From Octopus bimaculoides (Eukaryota), in contig NC_068988.1 in assembly GCF_001194135.2 (NCBI RefSeq), positions 91,961,713-92,025,712 on the forward strand: 64,000 nt of DNA, in the 5' to 3' direction. This document shows positions 52,544 to 64,000 of the stretch, piece by piece. Numbering within the stretch: the stretch's first letter is position 1; every line of letters begins with the position of its first letter. Under the pieces are notes generated by a model, which searched no databases, was not told the origin of the DNA, and saw only the letters and a program-made list of their open reading frames with translations. Position numbers and translations under genes: made by a program.

Positions 52544-53162
52544 CAGGGTACAAAGATCACTCAGCTGTATGGGTATTATTGACACACAACATAAAGTTGA
52601 GGGTCTATTAAAGCAAATGGGGTAAAAAGACTCTTGGCATAGCATTGTGAGATGCATCTTGGCTGTAGTCAGTTAAAGAAAGGACATAAAAGGGTTCTTA
52701 CAAAAACTATGATGAAGGTCTTTATTTTAAATATGGACACAACTGGCAGTTTTGTATGAGAACTAGGAGATCGTATCAGATGGACTTGTGTCAAAACGAG
52801 TCATAAAATCTTAACACTCAACACAGGTTTTTAACAGTTGAAGAACTATAATTCAAAATATCAGAATTTTCCCCACTTCTCACAACAACTAGATTTATTG
52901 ACACTTACAAATTCTCTGGGATACTTTTATTACAAATCTTGCTGATGCAGACTCCCACCAGTTCCTTAGATTTTGTGAGCAATATCATCATTGGATATAG
53001 GTTTCCAATGGATCAATTACTGGTTCACAGTGTTTTCTTATAGCAAAGAGTGACATGAGAGTTTCTGTGTAACTCAGAATAAATGTGAGATATATTTTTT
53101 CTCTAACGGCACAGATTTATTGGCATTCTTGCAAACGTGCACATTTTCCCTCCTTATATACA

Positions 53163-53203
53163 AATGGAATTTGATAGACAGAATCTGTCTATCAAATTCC
53201 ATT
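53163..53203. repeat. Perfect 20-bp palindromic hairpin
   Basis: aatggaatttgatagacaga-a-tctgtctatcaaattccatt. Confidence 0.9.
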
Positions 53204-53839
53204 CCTAAAACATTGATCAACTTGAAACTACGGTAACAAACACTTGCTCAAAATGCCATGAAGTGGGATTATGTTCAGAACTATGTGGTTATAGAGAAGC
53301 AAACACCTTTACTACACAGCTATGGTATTATTTCCTTAAAAACAGTTACCACCCATCATTATTTTACATCTGCTTTTCATGCTGGTATGGATTAGATGAG
53401 TTCAAATCAGTTCTTATTTGAAGTTACTACTCTTCTAGATGCATTATATGTCCATGTCTTACTTGAGTTTTTCAATTTTGGTTTGGTTTCTATGGCAGAT
53501 ATCCTTCCTAACACCAATCCTTCCATAGAACGTACTGAATGCATTTTATCATGACACCAGCACAGGTGAAGTTGCTCTGTAAGATTAAATGGTAACGCAA
53601 ATTCTGTACATATTCTACATAATTGAGAGAGTGATGCCTGAAAACCCAAGATTGGTGGTTCAAGTGGACTGAGTTTACAATGGTAGTAACAGGATGACTA
53701 GGATATGGGGAGGAGGGGTTATAAAGGGAGGAGAAAGGGTAAAGGAAACTAACAGAAGTGAACAATTCTAACAATGAGTGATGGTTTCATTTGTAAATAT
53801 TCATAGAATTAAGCCAATAAGATTAACACTATTCTTTGC

Positions 53840-54056
53840 TTAACCCTTTAGCATCTAAACTGGCCATATCTGGCCAAAATATTCTACCTGTTTTATACTC
53901 AAAGTGGCACGCTCTGGCCTCTCACACCAACCCTACAATATCATTCTAAAATTTAACAGCTTATCAAAATCTCAAAGATAATGCATGGGTAATTCAAAAC
54001 AATGTGAATAAATAAGCATTACATTTGATAGAATAATGTGGATGCTAAAGGGTTAA
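53840..54056. mobile_element. piggyBac-type MITE (family 1), complete
   Basis: TTAA at 53840-43 and 54053-56; perfect 12-bp TIR ccctttagcatc/gatgctaaaggg. Confidence 0.88.
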
Positions 54057-54886
54057 ATATATCATCAATGTTAATATTGTTCATTTAGGTAATGAAAAAT
54101 ATTAATCCTTAAAAAAACCCCACAAGTTTACAGTTCTGAGGGGAGATTTAAAGACAGTAGATTTTTTATTATCCATTTTCATTTTTTTTTTTCAATATAA
54201 AAATAGATTTTAATAAAAAACTTGAGAAATTGATAAAAATAGAAAATAATCTAATTTCTCTTAATCTGATAAAATAAATTTTATACTGAGTTTACAAATT
54301 AAAATAATTCTTAATCTCTGTCTAGTCTTAATCTAAGCTGACACAAGATTAGATAATAAGAGTAATTTAAGCTAGGTCATACATCTTGTCTTAAGACAAT
54401 ACTTAGTTCTACTATATATACAAATTCAAATTTGTTCTTAATCTTGCTCTTTACAGCATTAATGGGTCATAAACGTTCTAAATGGGAACTGCTACAGACT
54501 GATGGGCACTTCTTGCCAAACCAATTTATTTTAATACACAACATATTGTACAATAGATCAACAGATTTCACATTCAGGTCTTGTAGCTAAAACTGTAATC
54601 TTAAAAGAAATTCACATGATGCTACTTGCCTCAGACCACTCAGCTGTAAAGGTAGCAACATGGAGTGTGTCTGGCTATAAAACATTGTTTAGGCAAACAC
54701 TTTGATTTTCCTATTTATGATCCTGAATTGATTTGTTGATGGCTGAGATGAGCTTAGTCACACAAATCTTAAGTGCATAGAAAACCATGATGTCATATCT
54801 AACACTGTCCTTCTTGTAATCAAATGCAGGTGCTAATTATCTAACTATAGAGCTTATAGTCATGTTGATCTTCACTCCCTGCTTAA

Positions 54887-55491
54887 ATGTCTTCAAATAT
54901 ACATTGTGAACAAAAGTTGGTGCAAATTATTTACTAAATTAAACAATTTAATTATTTTTCTGTATATTTTTCAATAGTGGTAAAAAATATTTATTCAATT
55001 CTTACAAACCGCCTTATTCTGAACATCTCACCCCTATTTTTTTATTTGTATTTTTCCTTACTCTTTATTCTGTATACTTTATTTTGTAATTTAAACCTGT
55101 TTTATCTTGTATACCCTAACATACTCCCTATTCTTCATTCCATTAATATTTTTGAAGACTTCTTAAATATTAAATAAAGAATGGAGAGGATATATGTTTT
55201 AGGGGCCAAAAGCATATGGAATGAAGAATAGGGAGTATGGTAGGGTATACAGAATAAAAGGGGGAGAAATTACAAAATGAACAGGTGTGAAAATATACAG
55301 AATAAAGAGTAAGGAAAAATACAAATAAAAAATAGGGGTGAGATGTTCAGAATAAGGAGGTTTGTTAATATGTAAGAATTGAATAAATATTTTTTTACCA
55401 CTATTGAAAAATACACAGAAAAATAATTAAATTGTATAATTTAGTAAATAATTTGCACCAACTTTTGTTCACAATGTATATTTGAAAACAA
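54887..55491. repeat. Fold-back inverted repeat, ~260-bp arms (54887-55143 / 55216-55491), ~72-nt spacer
   Basis: cttcaaatatacattgtgaacaaaagttggtgcaaattatttactaaatt... pairs with ...aatttagtaaataatttgcaccaacttttgttcacaatgtatatttgaa. Confidence 0.92.
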
Positions 55492-57004
55492 TTATCAAAA
55501 AATTTATTGGTAGCTTATAATTGAATGAAAAATATAAATTCTAAGTCACTAAATAATTTTAAAAATAGCTATATAAAAAAAACCCAAATATATGCCAAAT
55601 TTTCATGCCAATTCTGTAATCAAAAGGAATTTAATGAAAGACTGCAGATCAAATAGAAAGTTTTCTTCAGTGAAAAATCTTAATTGCCAAAGCATTCCTC
55701 TTCCTCTGCTTTAAAAGTCAGTTTTAAGACTGAACATAATTTGTTGCTAAGATTAATTAGATCGACTTTCCAAATAAATACTACTTAAGCTGCAAATAAA
55801 TAGATGGGGTTCATTTATTTTCACAACAAATGCTGTTAGAATAAATGCTAACATGTTTTTGTTTGATTCTGTCTTTTTCAAAGAATAAATTAGCCATTTT
55901 TGTAAATTGAATTTTCTGAAACTAAAAATGTAGAGAAAATAATCAGAACAAATGAACAATAAATTGTGTTACTTATCAGCTAGACAGGACATTTAATTCT
56001 ACATTGCCTTAGTTACTGTTACTTTTTTGTTAAAGACAGTCTCTTGTGATTATTTCCCATTACATAAAACAGGAGTTAATTACAAACCCTCTGGTTCCAA
56101 GTGATCTGTTTGCAGATTTTTTTTTTCTTCCATGAATGTACAATAATAGTTAAGCTTGGCTTTCATGATATTTAATGTGTGTGCAGGTAACACCAACATG
56201 ATAATTGGCTGTCATTACGCCTAAATCACAGCCTATATTTAAATTCAAAGACACCACTTGGTGTTGCTGCTTGAAATTAAATTAAATTCCTGTTTTATGG
56301 TAAATAATTTCTCCACCTCCATCCCCATCCTCAAACTAGCATGAGTGGACAGGCCTGAAATTTGAACATCTTCATGAACATTGTTGAAGCAACTGGTACC
56401 ATAACTTGATGACTTAACCTAGCTGCTGCAACTTGACTAAAGAACAAGTAGAATACTTAAAAAGAAGAAAAGTAAATGCAGTATCAAATGAATACCCCAC
56501 AAGATGTAACAGAATTTGCACTCCTAACTTTCTATACTAAGAATTTGACATTAATCTAACTGAACAATATTTTCATTTGGTGCAATATGGCTTAAGGGGT
56601 TAAGCAGAACAATAATCAATACGAAAATGGGAAACCATTGACAAAGAAATTATCCAGTTTTCATTAATACTTATTGTCCTAAGGTATGGAGCATTTGAGA
56701 ATAGTTTAACACCATTGTTTTTTAGTAGATGGAAGTTGAACTAATTGACTGACACTATATTTTAATCTGTTAAAGCAGATCACTATTACTAGCATGAAAC
56801 TGAACTATTCATTCCATGTCATATGGCTGGACTATTTTTAGTGTCACTGACTTATAACAAATACTTGATGGTGAGATTCTAGCGGGGGGGCAAGAGCTAC
56901 TGTTAGATCAAGCTAAATGAATAAGCCTCTACAGAGTCATACAACCTGCTAGATAGAGTAGCCAAATCATCAACAAAGAAAGATACAATACATAATATAA
57001 TCTT

Positions 57005-57962
57005 AACTAGAAAAGCACTCAAAGAGCACAGACCTCCGCCAAGCAGCTCATTTCCCCCCATACACACGCATGCTAAAAATCGCCCAATTTCCCAAACCAA
57101 TGCTGGCAAAAACATAACCTCCTTGGCGAGGTAAACAAACAAAAAAAAAACAGCCATATGATTTTTTTTTTTTTAAACCCTTTAAAAACAGGAATCATCT
57201 GAAGCAGTTATAATACATCAATGACAACAGCAAGCTAGTTTCACCATACAACTAAAAAGAAACAACAATTACCAAAAAACTTGAGTGATACACACTCAAC
57301 ATCATGGTCGGGAAAGTAACAGTCGGTTCCGGTGACTTGTGGATGCCGATCCTGGTTCACATAAACATGATCTAGCAGGCTTCCATAGTCAGTGGTGGGT
57401 TTTTGGACTAGTTGGTCGAACCCAAACTGGTTCAGAGTTGTTAAAATCTCATGGTTAAGGGAATCAAGGAGATCCACGTTAAAATCATCAAAGACAATGG
57501 TCAGCTGATTCCTTGCCAAAGATAAAAGAGGTATCTGTCTACTTACGAAACTAAACCTTCCTACCTACTTTACATCCCTCTGCGATCAGTATAGTATCAA
57601 TCATCCCTCAAGAGTCCATAGATACGCGAGTAAAATTACTAATAGAGAAACGAAAATAAAACTTTGGAAACAGCAACGCCACCATAGGTTACGTGGAAAC
57701 GAACGTATTTTCAAGGGAAATAATCAAAGAACGTAACATTGTAATACTTCATGTAAAGTAAATATAACAAATGAAAAATCCTTCAAGAATCCATAAAATT
57801 TCCCGGATCACTACCAAAATTTCCTCATCTGTTCCCTGTGTCATTACCAACTTTTCCTGCAAGTTTCATCAAATACCGTTCACAACTTTTTGAGTTATTT
57901 TGCACACAGACAGACAAGCCAACGCCAGTGAAAACACAACCTCCTTCCTTGGCGGAAGTAAA
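57005..57962 (-). mobile_element. Helentron/Helitron2-type non-autonomous composite (HINE/DINE-1-like ends) with an AP-endonuclease fragment
   Basis: Minus strand: 5' end ttac(t/c)tccgccaagg..aggtt at ~57962 and again at 57134; 3' end cttggcggaggtctgtgctctttgagtgcttttctagtt at 57043->57005 (asymmetric TIR, 3' hairpin, CTAG). A co-oriented endonuclease fragment lies between the ends. Confidence 0.75.
57241..57519 (-). pseudogene. Apurinic-like (Exo_endo_phos) endonuclease C-terminal fragment, Helentron type
   Basis: ORF track peptide DDFNVDLL...FGFDQLVQKPTTDYGSLLDHVYVN...DCYFPDHDV shows the GDFN / T...LDH / SDH motifs in order and ends shortly after, as at the C-terminus of Helentron Rep-Hel-EN proteins. 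Confidence 0.8.
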
Positions 57963-58342
57963 TATATTATTTCTCAATGACAAGATGAGATAGACTGAAC
58001 TAGAAACTTTTAATTATAGATCTGCTGCATTAGAGCTGACCTAAGATTAACCCTTTCATTACCTTATCACAGTCTTCATTTCAATTAATTTTGAAAATAA
58101 TAAAGAATTTAGGTAAAATAGCTTGGTCATTTTTAAGATGGTGTTAGGAACAGAAATTAAAATGAAGTTTCGATTGAAGTTTTTAATCTAAATCATTTTA
58201 AAACAGGGAGTTTGTATCATAGAACGAGGGTCAGTCTTGGGCTGGTTGATATTGAAAGGTTTCAACACCACATTACCTCTAGGCCATATTTGTTTGGTCA
58301 GACTGTAAAACCTCTAAATGACCTTTTAACATAATTACTATA

Positions 58343-58376
58343 GATACTAAAGATAGGCCAGCCTATCTTTAGTATC
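58343..58376. repeat. Perfect 16-bp palindromic hairpin
   Basis: gatactaaagataggc-ca-gcctatctttagtatc. Confidence 0.9.
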
Positions 58377-58827
58377 CCAATAGCTGCAATAGGGACGGAA
58401 TATTGAAAACGATAACATTTCAGTTACCTTATGGCTTTTCACATATCAGTATTTATTAGCACAGTCAAATCTTTTGTTATTCTAAATGAAGACTTTTTTT
58501 TTTTACCAGAGAATTCAAGAATGTGTTACAAGTGTGAGGTGTCAGCTGTTTCAATCAACTGTGTGTGTTCTTAATACTATAATTGGTATAGATTCTTCTA
58601 TACAATAATGTCATTCTTCTATACGATAATATCATCAGTCTAACACAGGCTACAAGTTTTTTTTTTCTTTTAGAAACATTGCTTTCTATGACAACAGATT
58701 CCTAAATAAACTAACAGTATTTATAGTTCTGGCTACACTGGAGCAGCTATTCACAGTTGATATACAAAGAAACAAAATTATTTTATTTAGAATTTACCAA
58801 TGAGAACCAGTTTATATTATATATATA

Positions 58828-59053
58828 TAACTCTTTTGTATTTAAACTGGCCATGTCCGGCCCCAACATTCTAAGTTTTATATTCCAATGGGCCAGATCT
58901 TGCCTCTCACCTCTACCCTACAATGTCATTTAAAAAAATAAACAACCACATTATCACAATCTGAAAGCTCTGAGCTAATGCATATTTAATTCAAAACAAT
59001 GTGGTTGAATAAGTACTACAGTTGATAGAGTAATCTGAATGCTAGAGGGTTAA
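58828..59053. mobile_element. piggyBac-type MITE (family 1), left end degraded
   Basis: Internal tttaaactggccat...tctcacctctaccctacaatgtcatt and right end ctgaatgctagagggTTAA. Confidence 0.75.
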
Positions 59054-59316
59054 TTTACACAGATTCTTACAAAAAATTTTAATAAAAGAAAAAAGAAAGA
59101 ACAAAATAAAGCTATTTTTGATAGCCTTGAAATTATAAAGTAAAACTTATCCGAGTATTAAGGATCAAATTTCATATTAATTTAATTCTGTTCTGTTTTT
59201 CAGTCTCTGCCAAAATGGAAAATTATAGCATCAACTTTACATCCCCCATGCAGCAAGGTTATGCCGGTAATATTATGTTTGGTGACACAAACAGGGAAAC
59301 AGAAGTCAAAATATAA

Positions 59317-59353
<37 letters not shown>

Positions 59354-60866
59354 GATAATTGGCTACATAGTGGACTCAAGGGTTGAAAGTGTTCTGCATT
59401 GGCATTTACCAAACCAGTTTTAATTCAAAGGGATTACATGTATATGCCAATAATAATGATATGTCATTATGAAATATCATTATGACCAGTTTATAAATGT
59501 AATCTCTTTGATTTGAAACCATCTGATAAGTAGCAATACACAAAACTCTCAGCCCTTGAGTCACTCTGTAATTTATGCTGATTATTGATAATAAAAAGAA
59601 AATAGTTCTCAGTATCATATATAAGTTTCTTCAGTTTATATCAATTCGAGTTCATAAAAAAAGGGAAGAAAATTACATGATCTGAAACCCCTGCCACTCT
59701 CCCTTTCCATGTCTTCCTATCCAATTTTCAGACCACAGTAATAGTTGATAATTGTAACACCATAACATTCTGGCATTGCTCTACACCATGGTTAGAACCG
59801 TTTCTTTATTGTTTAGGTCATTTATCTAATTCAGATCAAACAGCAGTTAGTACTTCTAAATACTCCACATACAATGTTTTGAAAATATTCTTTTCTTTAG
59901 TCCAAAGACAACCATGACTTAGCAGAACTAGGAATCAAAGATATTCTAGTCATCACCTTCATTTTAGTGAAACATTGGTTTACCTAAGATTACTTTAACC
60001 AGTGTGCCCTTCCATTTTGTAATACAGTGTGATTTGAGGTATAAATTGGCCAATGTTTCTAGCAAGTTGAGTGACTACATAAAGGCTCACTCATTGGTTT
60101 GTAGATAATTGACATTACATGTAAACAGCACTACATGTGAAAATGGAGGCATCATTGCATGACATGTTGAGAAATACAGACGGTGCAGCATTTTATGTAG
60201 AGAAATGAAGGCAATACTACATTACATAGAGACTGTATAAAAAACCCTGTTAACATGCAGATTGTACTACATAACAAAGATATATAGGCAGCACTACATT
60301 CAATGCATGTAGAGAAATATTCAAAACACTAAGCCTGCATGTGTTGAAATTAATTTGATGTTAATAGGAATAAATTTACGAGAGACAGAGAGGCAGGGTT
60401 ATCAACAGCAAGAGTATCCAGATGTAAAATAGTGTCAAAAAGGGATGAGTAAGTTTGTCATGGGGTTACCCTACCTACTTTAGCAGAGAAAATGGCTTTA
60501 ACCCTTTTCACATCAACCTGCCCGAGACTACTCTTGGTTCTTTGATACGAAATTCCAAAATTACATGTTAATTTACATTTCAAATATCAGTTAAATAGTG
60601 ACACAATTATTCGATTAAATCCATTATTTTCAAAAGAACTGAAACAAAGGCGTGCACTTCAACAAAGGGATATTAGAAATGAACATTGAGGTTTAAACAC
60701 ATAGGAGTTGATCTAGTCTTTTGATAGAAAAACAAACTTTGCTACCTAATAGTAACTAGCTCAGAAAGACAGAAATATTCTCACAATCTCAACTCATCTA
60801 GTCCTATTTGCAAGATTTTGTATATGGGTGCCCCCTTTGCCTCGGAATTTACTTCTGAATGTTTTA

Positions 60867-61254
60867 AGGCGCAGGAGTGGCTGTGTGGTAAGTAGCTTGC
60901 TTACCAACCACATGGTTCTGGGTTCAGTCCCACTGCGTGGCACCTTGAGCAACTGTCTTCTACTGACCAAAGCCTTGTGAGTGGATTTGGTAGACGGAAA
61001 CTGAAAGAAGCCCGTCGTATATATGTATATATATGTATGTGTTTGCGTGTCTGTGTTTGTCCCCCCAACATCGCTTGACAACCGATGGTGGTGTGTTTAC
61101 GTCCCCGTAACTTAGCGGTTCGGCAAAAGAGACCGATAGAATAAGTACTAGGCTTCCAAAAAATAAGTCCTGGGGTCGATTTGCTCGACTAAAAGGCGGT
61201 GCTCCAGCATGGCCGCAGTCAAATGACTGAAACAAGTAAAAGAGTAAAAGAGTA
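60867..61254 (+). mobile_element. SINE family A, full-length young copy (tRNA head, internal microsatellite, (AAAGAGT)n-like tail)
   Basis: Head ggcgcaggagtggctgtgtggtaag...gggttcagtccc; tail aacaagtaaaagagtaaaagag; high identity to the reverse complement of 45691-46116. Confidence 0.9.
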
Positions 61255-61684
61255 ATATATATAGCAGATTACTACAGATCACTACTATGAAATGTGCATG
61301 CATGCATGCAAGTGTGTGTGAATTTGCATGTGAGTGTGTGCATCCACTTTTCCATACTTACATGGACCAGACAGAATTTACTGAGCAAATACTCTACAAC
61401 TGGATTCCCTTTCTGCTACCAAACCTCCTGTGCTAGTAAGCAAAATAATATTTTTTCCATGGCCAGAAGTGTTTCCATGCAATACTGGAAATGACCGACC
61501 TTGCCTGTTCTTTTTTTTTTAAGGACAGTGACACTCATTTACAACTATCATATGAGATCAAGACAAAGAAACACAAACATATTCTCACACACACACATAG
61601 GAAAATGAAAAATAATAATAAGGCAGAATGCTAAACTGAAAGCATATTTTAATATAGATTTCTAACCGGCTTCCATTGCATGGC

Positions 61685-62289
61685 AAATTTTCAAGAAGAG
61701 GGAGAATGAAAATGTTTTTTACAAAAAAGTAAAAAAATGAAAAAAATAATATATAAATAAATATACCAATACATTATATTGTCTTTGAGCTTTTAAAGTT
61801 CAATGGTAATCCATGTAGATAATGGTTGGAAAAATAAGGAAGCATAAAAATTGAGAGTTGTGTTAGGTTTAAAAAAAGAAAAAAGGGGCTAAAAGTTTAT
61901 GTGTTAAGTAGGAAGTGTGGTGTCAAAACAGGAAGTGTGTGTAAGGGGAGACAAATCTTTTTAGTTGGAGTTATGAACTCTTTGTCAACAGGAAGTTTAT
62001 GTCTGTTCCACACTTCCTGCTTAACACATAAAAGATCAAGGTAAAATTACTACCTATTTTTCTCACAAGTTGATGCAGGTAGTTTACCTCTTTTTTTAAA
62101 CCTAACACAAACTCTCAATTTTCATGCATCCTTATTTTTCCAACCATTATCTACATGGATTACCATTGAACTTTAAAAGCTCAAAGACAATATAATGTAT
62201 TGGTATATTTATTTTTTTTTTTATATTATTTTTTTCATTTTTTACTTTTTTGTAAAAAACATTTTCATTCTCCCTCTTCTTGAAAATTT
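61685..62289. repeat. Fold-back inverted repeat, ~195-bp outer arms plus a ~25-bp inner stem
   Basis: 61685-61878 pairs with 62089-62289; tttatgtgttaagtaggaagtgtgg (61896-61920) pairs with ccacacttcctgcttaacacataaa (62008-62032). Confidence 0.92.
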
Positions 62290-64000
62290 CCTCACATTAT
62301 TTAAATCAATTCACCATAATCTAAGTTCATTCCATGGAATGAATTTAACAGGTTACTAATATCAGATGCTAGTGTCCTTTTTAACTGCTTTGAAACTCGC
62401 TGGAGAAAAGTTTGCATTTTACTTTCTTTAGTTAAAAACTGATCTTACACTAAAAGATTACAATATAATTTGAACCCATACCTTCCAAGTCTAATACATT
62501 AATCAATGATGCTACTATCTAAAATAGCTATTCATAACAATGAAAACATTAAAAAAACAATCCAGAAACGTGTAGATCTAACGCGCTTCCATTACAGAGT
62601 TATTTCAAATTGTGTTTTCACTGTAAAGTTCATTTCCGTTTTGCCACCTGAGAAAAGAGAAATCTCATTAATGACAGCTAGTTAAATACCTTAATTAAAT
62701 CTAATACCTGCACAACTGTAAAAATAGTTGGCAAACAATTATTTAGTGTGTCTTACACAATATTTTTTCTTTTATCTTCTGCTTAATGAAGGAATCACAA
62801 CATTAATTGACTGGGAAACTCGAAGTTTATTACTTTCCATTGGTCTTGTTTAAAAAAACACCATCAAATATTGAATGGGAATAAGACACATTCATTACCA
62901 TCATCGTTATTTATTAACATCATTATCATTTTTTTTTAATATTTATTCTTATTATTGCTATTATTATCAAGGTGATAATGATGGTTGTGATTAGATTACT
63001 TATAAAAACAGCTTTTCATTTAGTTATTATTGATATCATTACTACCAGCAGCATCACTCTCAGAATGACAATGAGTTAATGAGCCATCAGAGTATTTACA
63101 CAAAATGTTGCAAAGAACCTAGTCCAAGCTAAATGGTCAAAGAAGTAAAAAAAAAAAAAAAAAAATGAATGGAAATCATAAACCTTAACTAAATGACGAG
63201 CAGGAACAGCCATTTTAAATGGAAGGTGCTAAATGCAGCACTATAGTAATGAGTAAACTGTTAGTAACCAATTGATTATTAATTACCAGATAACAACTGT
63301 TAGGAATAAAAAGAAATTCCTCAAGCGATTTGTAAAGAGCCTTGCAACAGATGATCACAGTTGGATAGTCAAAATGTTATATTCAGATCATTGTTGATTG
63401 TGGGGAGCAGAGTCAAGTGTGAGTGTGTGAGCCTGAGTGTGAGTGTTGATTAGCTCCAGATCAGCCCTGATCCAGTTGATGCTATGATTGTATGGTTTTA
63501 GGGAGATTTAGCTACTATTTCTAGCAGTTTGAACAGCCACCCATAATGAGGCTCGCTAATTGGTGCATGTGAGTGAGGTGAATGTATATTTAGTTTATAG
63601 CTCAACATAACTGAATCAACAATGATTTGGCAATGAGATTCGGGTTGCAGGACTACTACACACCTCATGGTCATGACTTCACGTCATAGAGCTATGTTGT
63701 TGTACTTCTGAGCAAGCTGATTACTCAGTTTAAATTACTCTGATTAAAAAGAAAAAAACCTTATTCCTTATCTGATAGTGGCTGGTATGGGTGGAGTGCA
63801 CATCAGAGTATTCAGTTTATTTGATCCAACAATAAATTAATCATCCTATACGTGAAAATATGGAAAATAGATATAAAACAACAGATAAGTGAAACTCCTT
63901 ATTGCACAGTTCAGCACCAGGTCAGTCTGGGATGACAAATACCATCTTATTCCAAAGCATAGTATTAAGTCATCCCATAAATAATGCAGTTTTTTTTTTC

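Noticed and set aside
62560-62670. Strong minus-strand acceptor tttctcttttctcag at 62648
   Set aside because: All three frames stop within about 20 codons, there is no good donor and no Ssdp similarity; it cannot be supported without RNA data.

Overview
AT-rich animal genomic DNA with 7 assembly gaps, dense microsatellites, SINEs and MITEs. The repeat content looks like an octopus/cephalopod genome (inference from recalled repeat families). The window appears to lie inside one minus-strand gene, the Ssdp/SSBP2-3-4 (single-stranded DNA-binding protein, LDB1 cofactor) orthologue. I assembled 8 short coding exons (35214->605; 507 nt, 169 aa) with canonical AG/GT sites and consistent phases: [27 protein letters not shown]|[21 protein letters not shown]|[26 protein letters not shown]|[20 protein letters not shown]|[22 protein letters not shown]|[26 protein letters not shown]|[15 protein letters not shown]|[13 protein letters not shown] did not find the N-terminal LisH/LUFS exons (probably beyond 64000 or in a gap), and the C-terminal exons lie left of position 1. 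The introns hold a Penelope-like element whose 3' region joins a tRNA-like Pol III head to a minimal hammerhead ribozyme motif, a Helentron/Helitron2 composite with an endonuclease fragment, one Tc1 and two mariner copies, a decayed hAT-like transposase, piggyBac/pogo/hAT MITEs and four SINE families. There are also three long fold-back inverted repeats, two perfect small hairpins, degenerate ~24-nt minisatellites and a short (CCCTAA)4 tract inside a mariner-like patch. Most entries in the supplied ORF track are artefacts of N-gaps, microsatellites or SINEs. Repeat boundaries were read by eye and are approximate unless terminal motifs are quoted.
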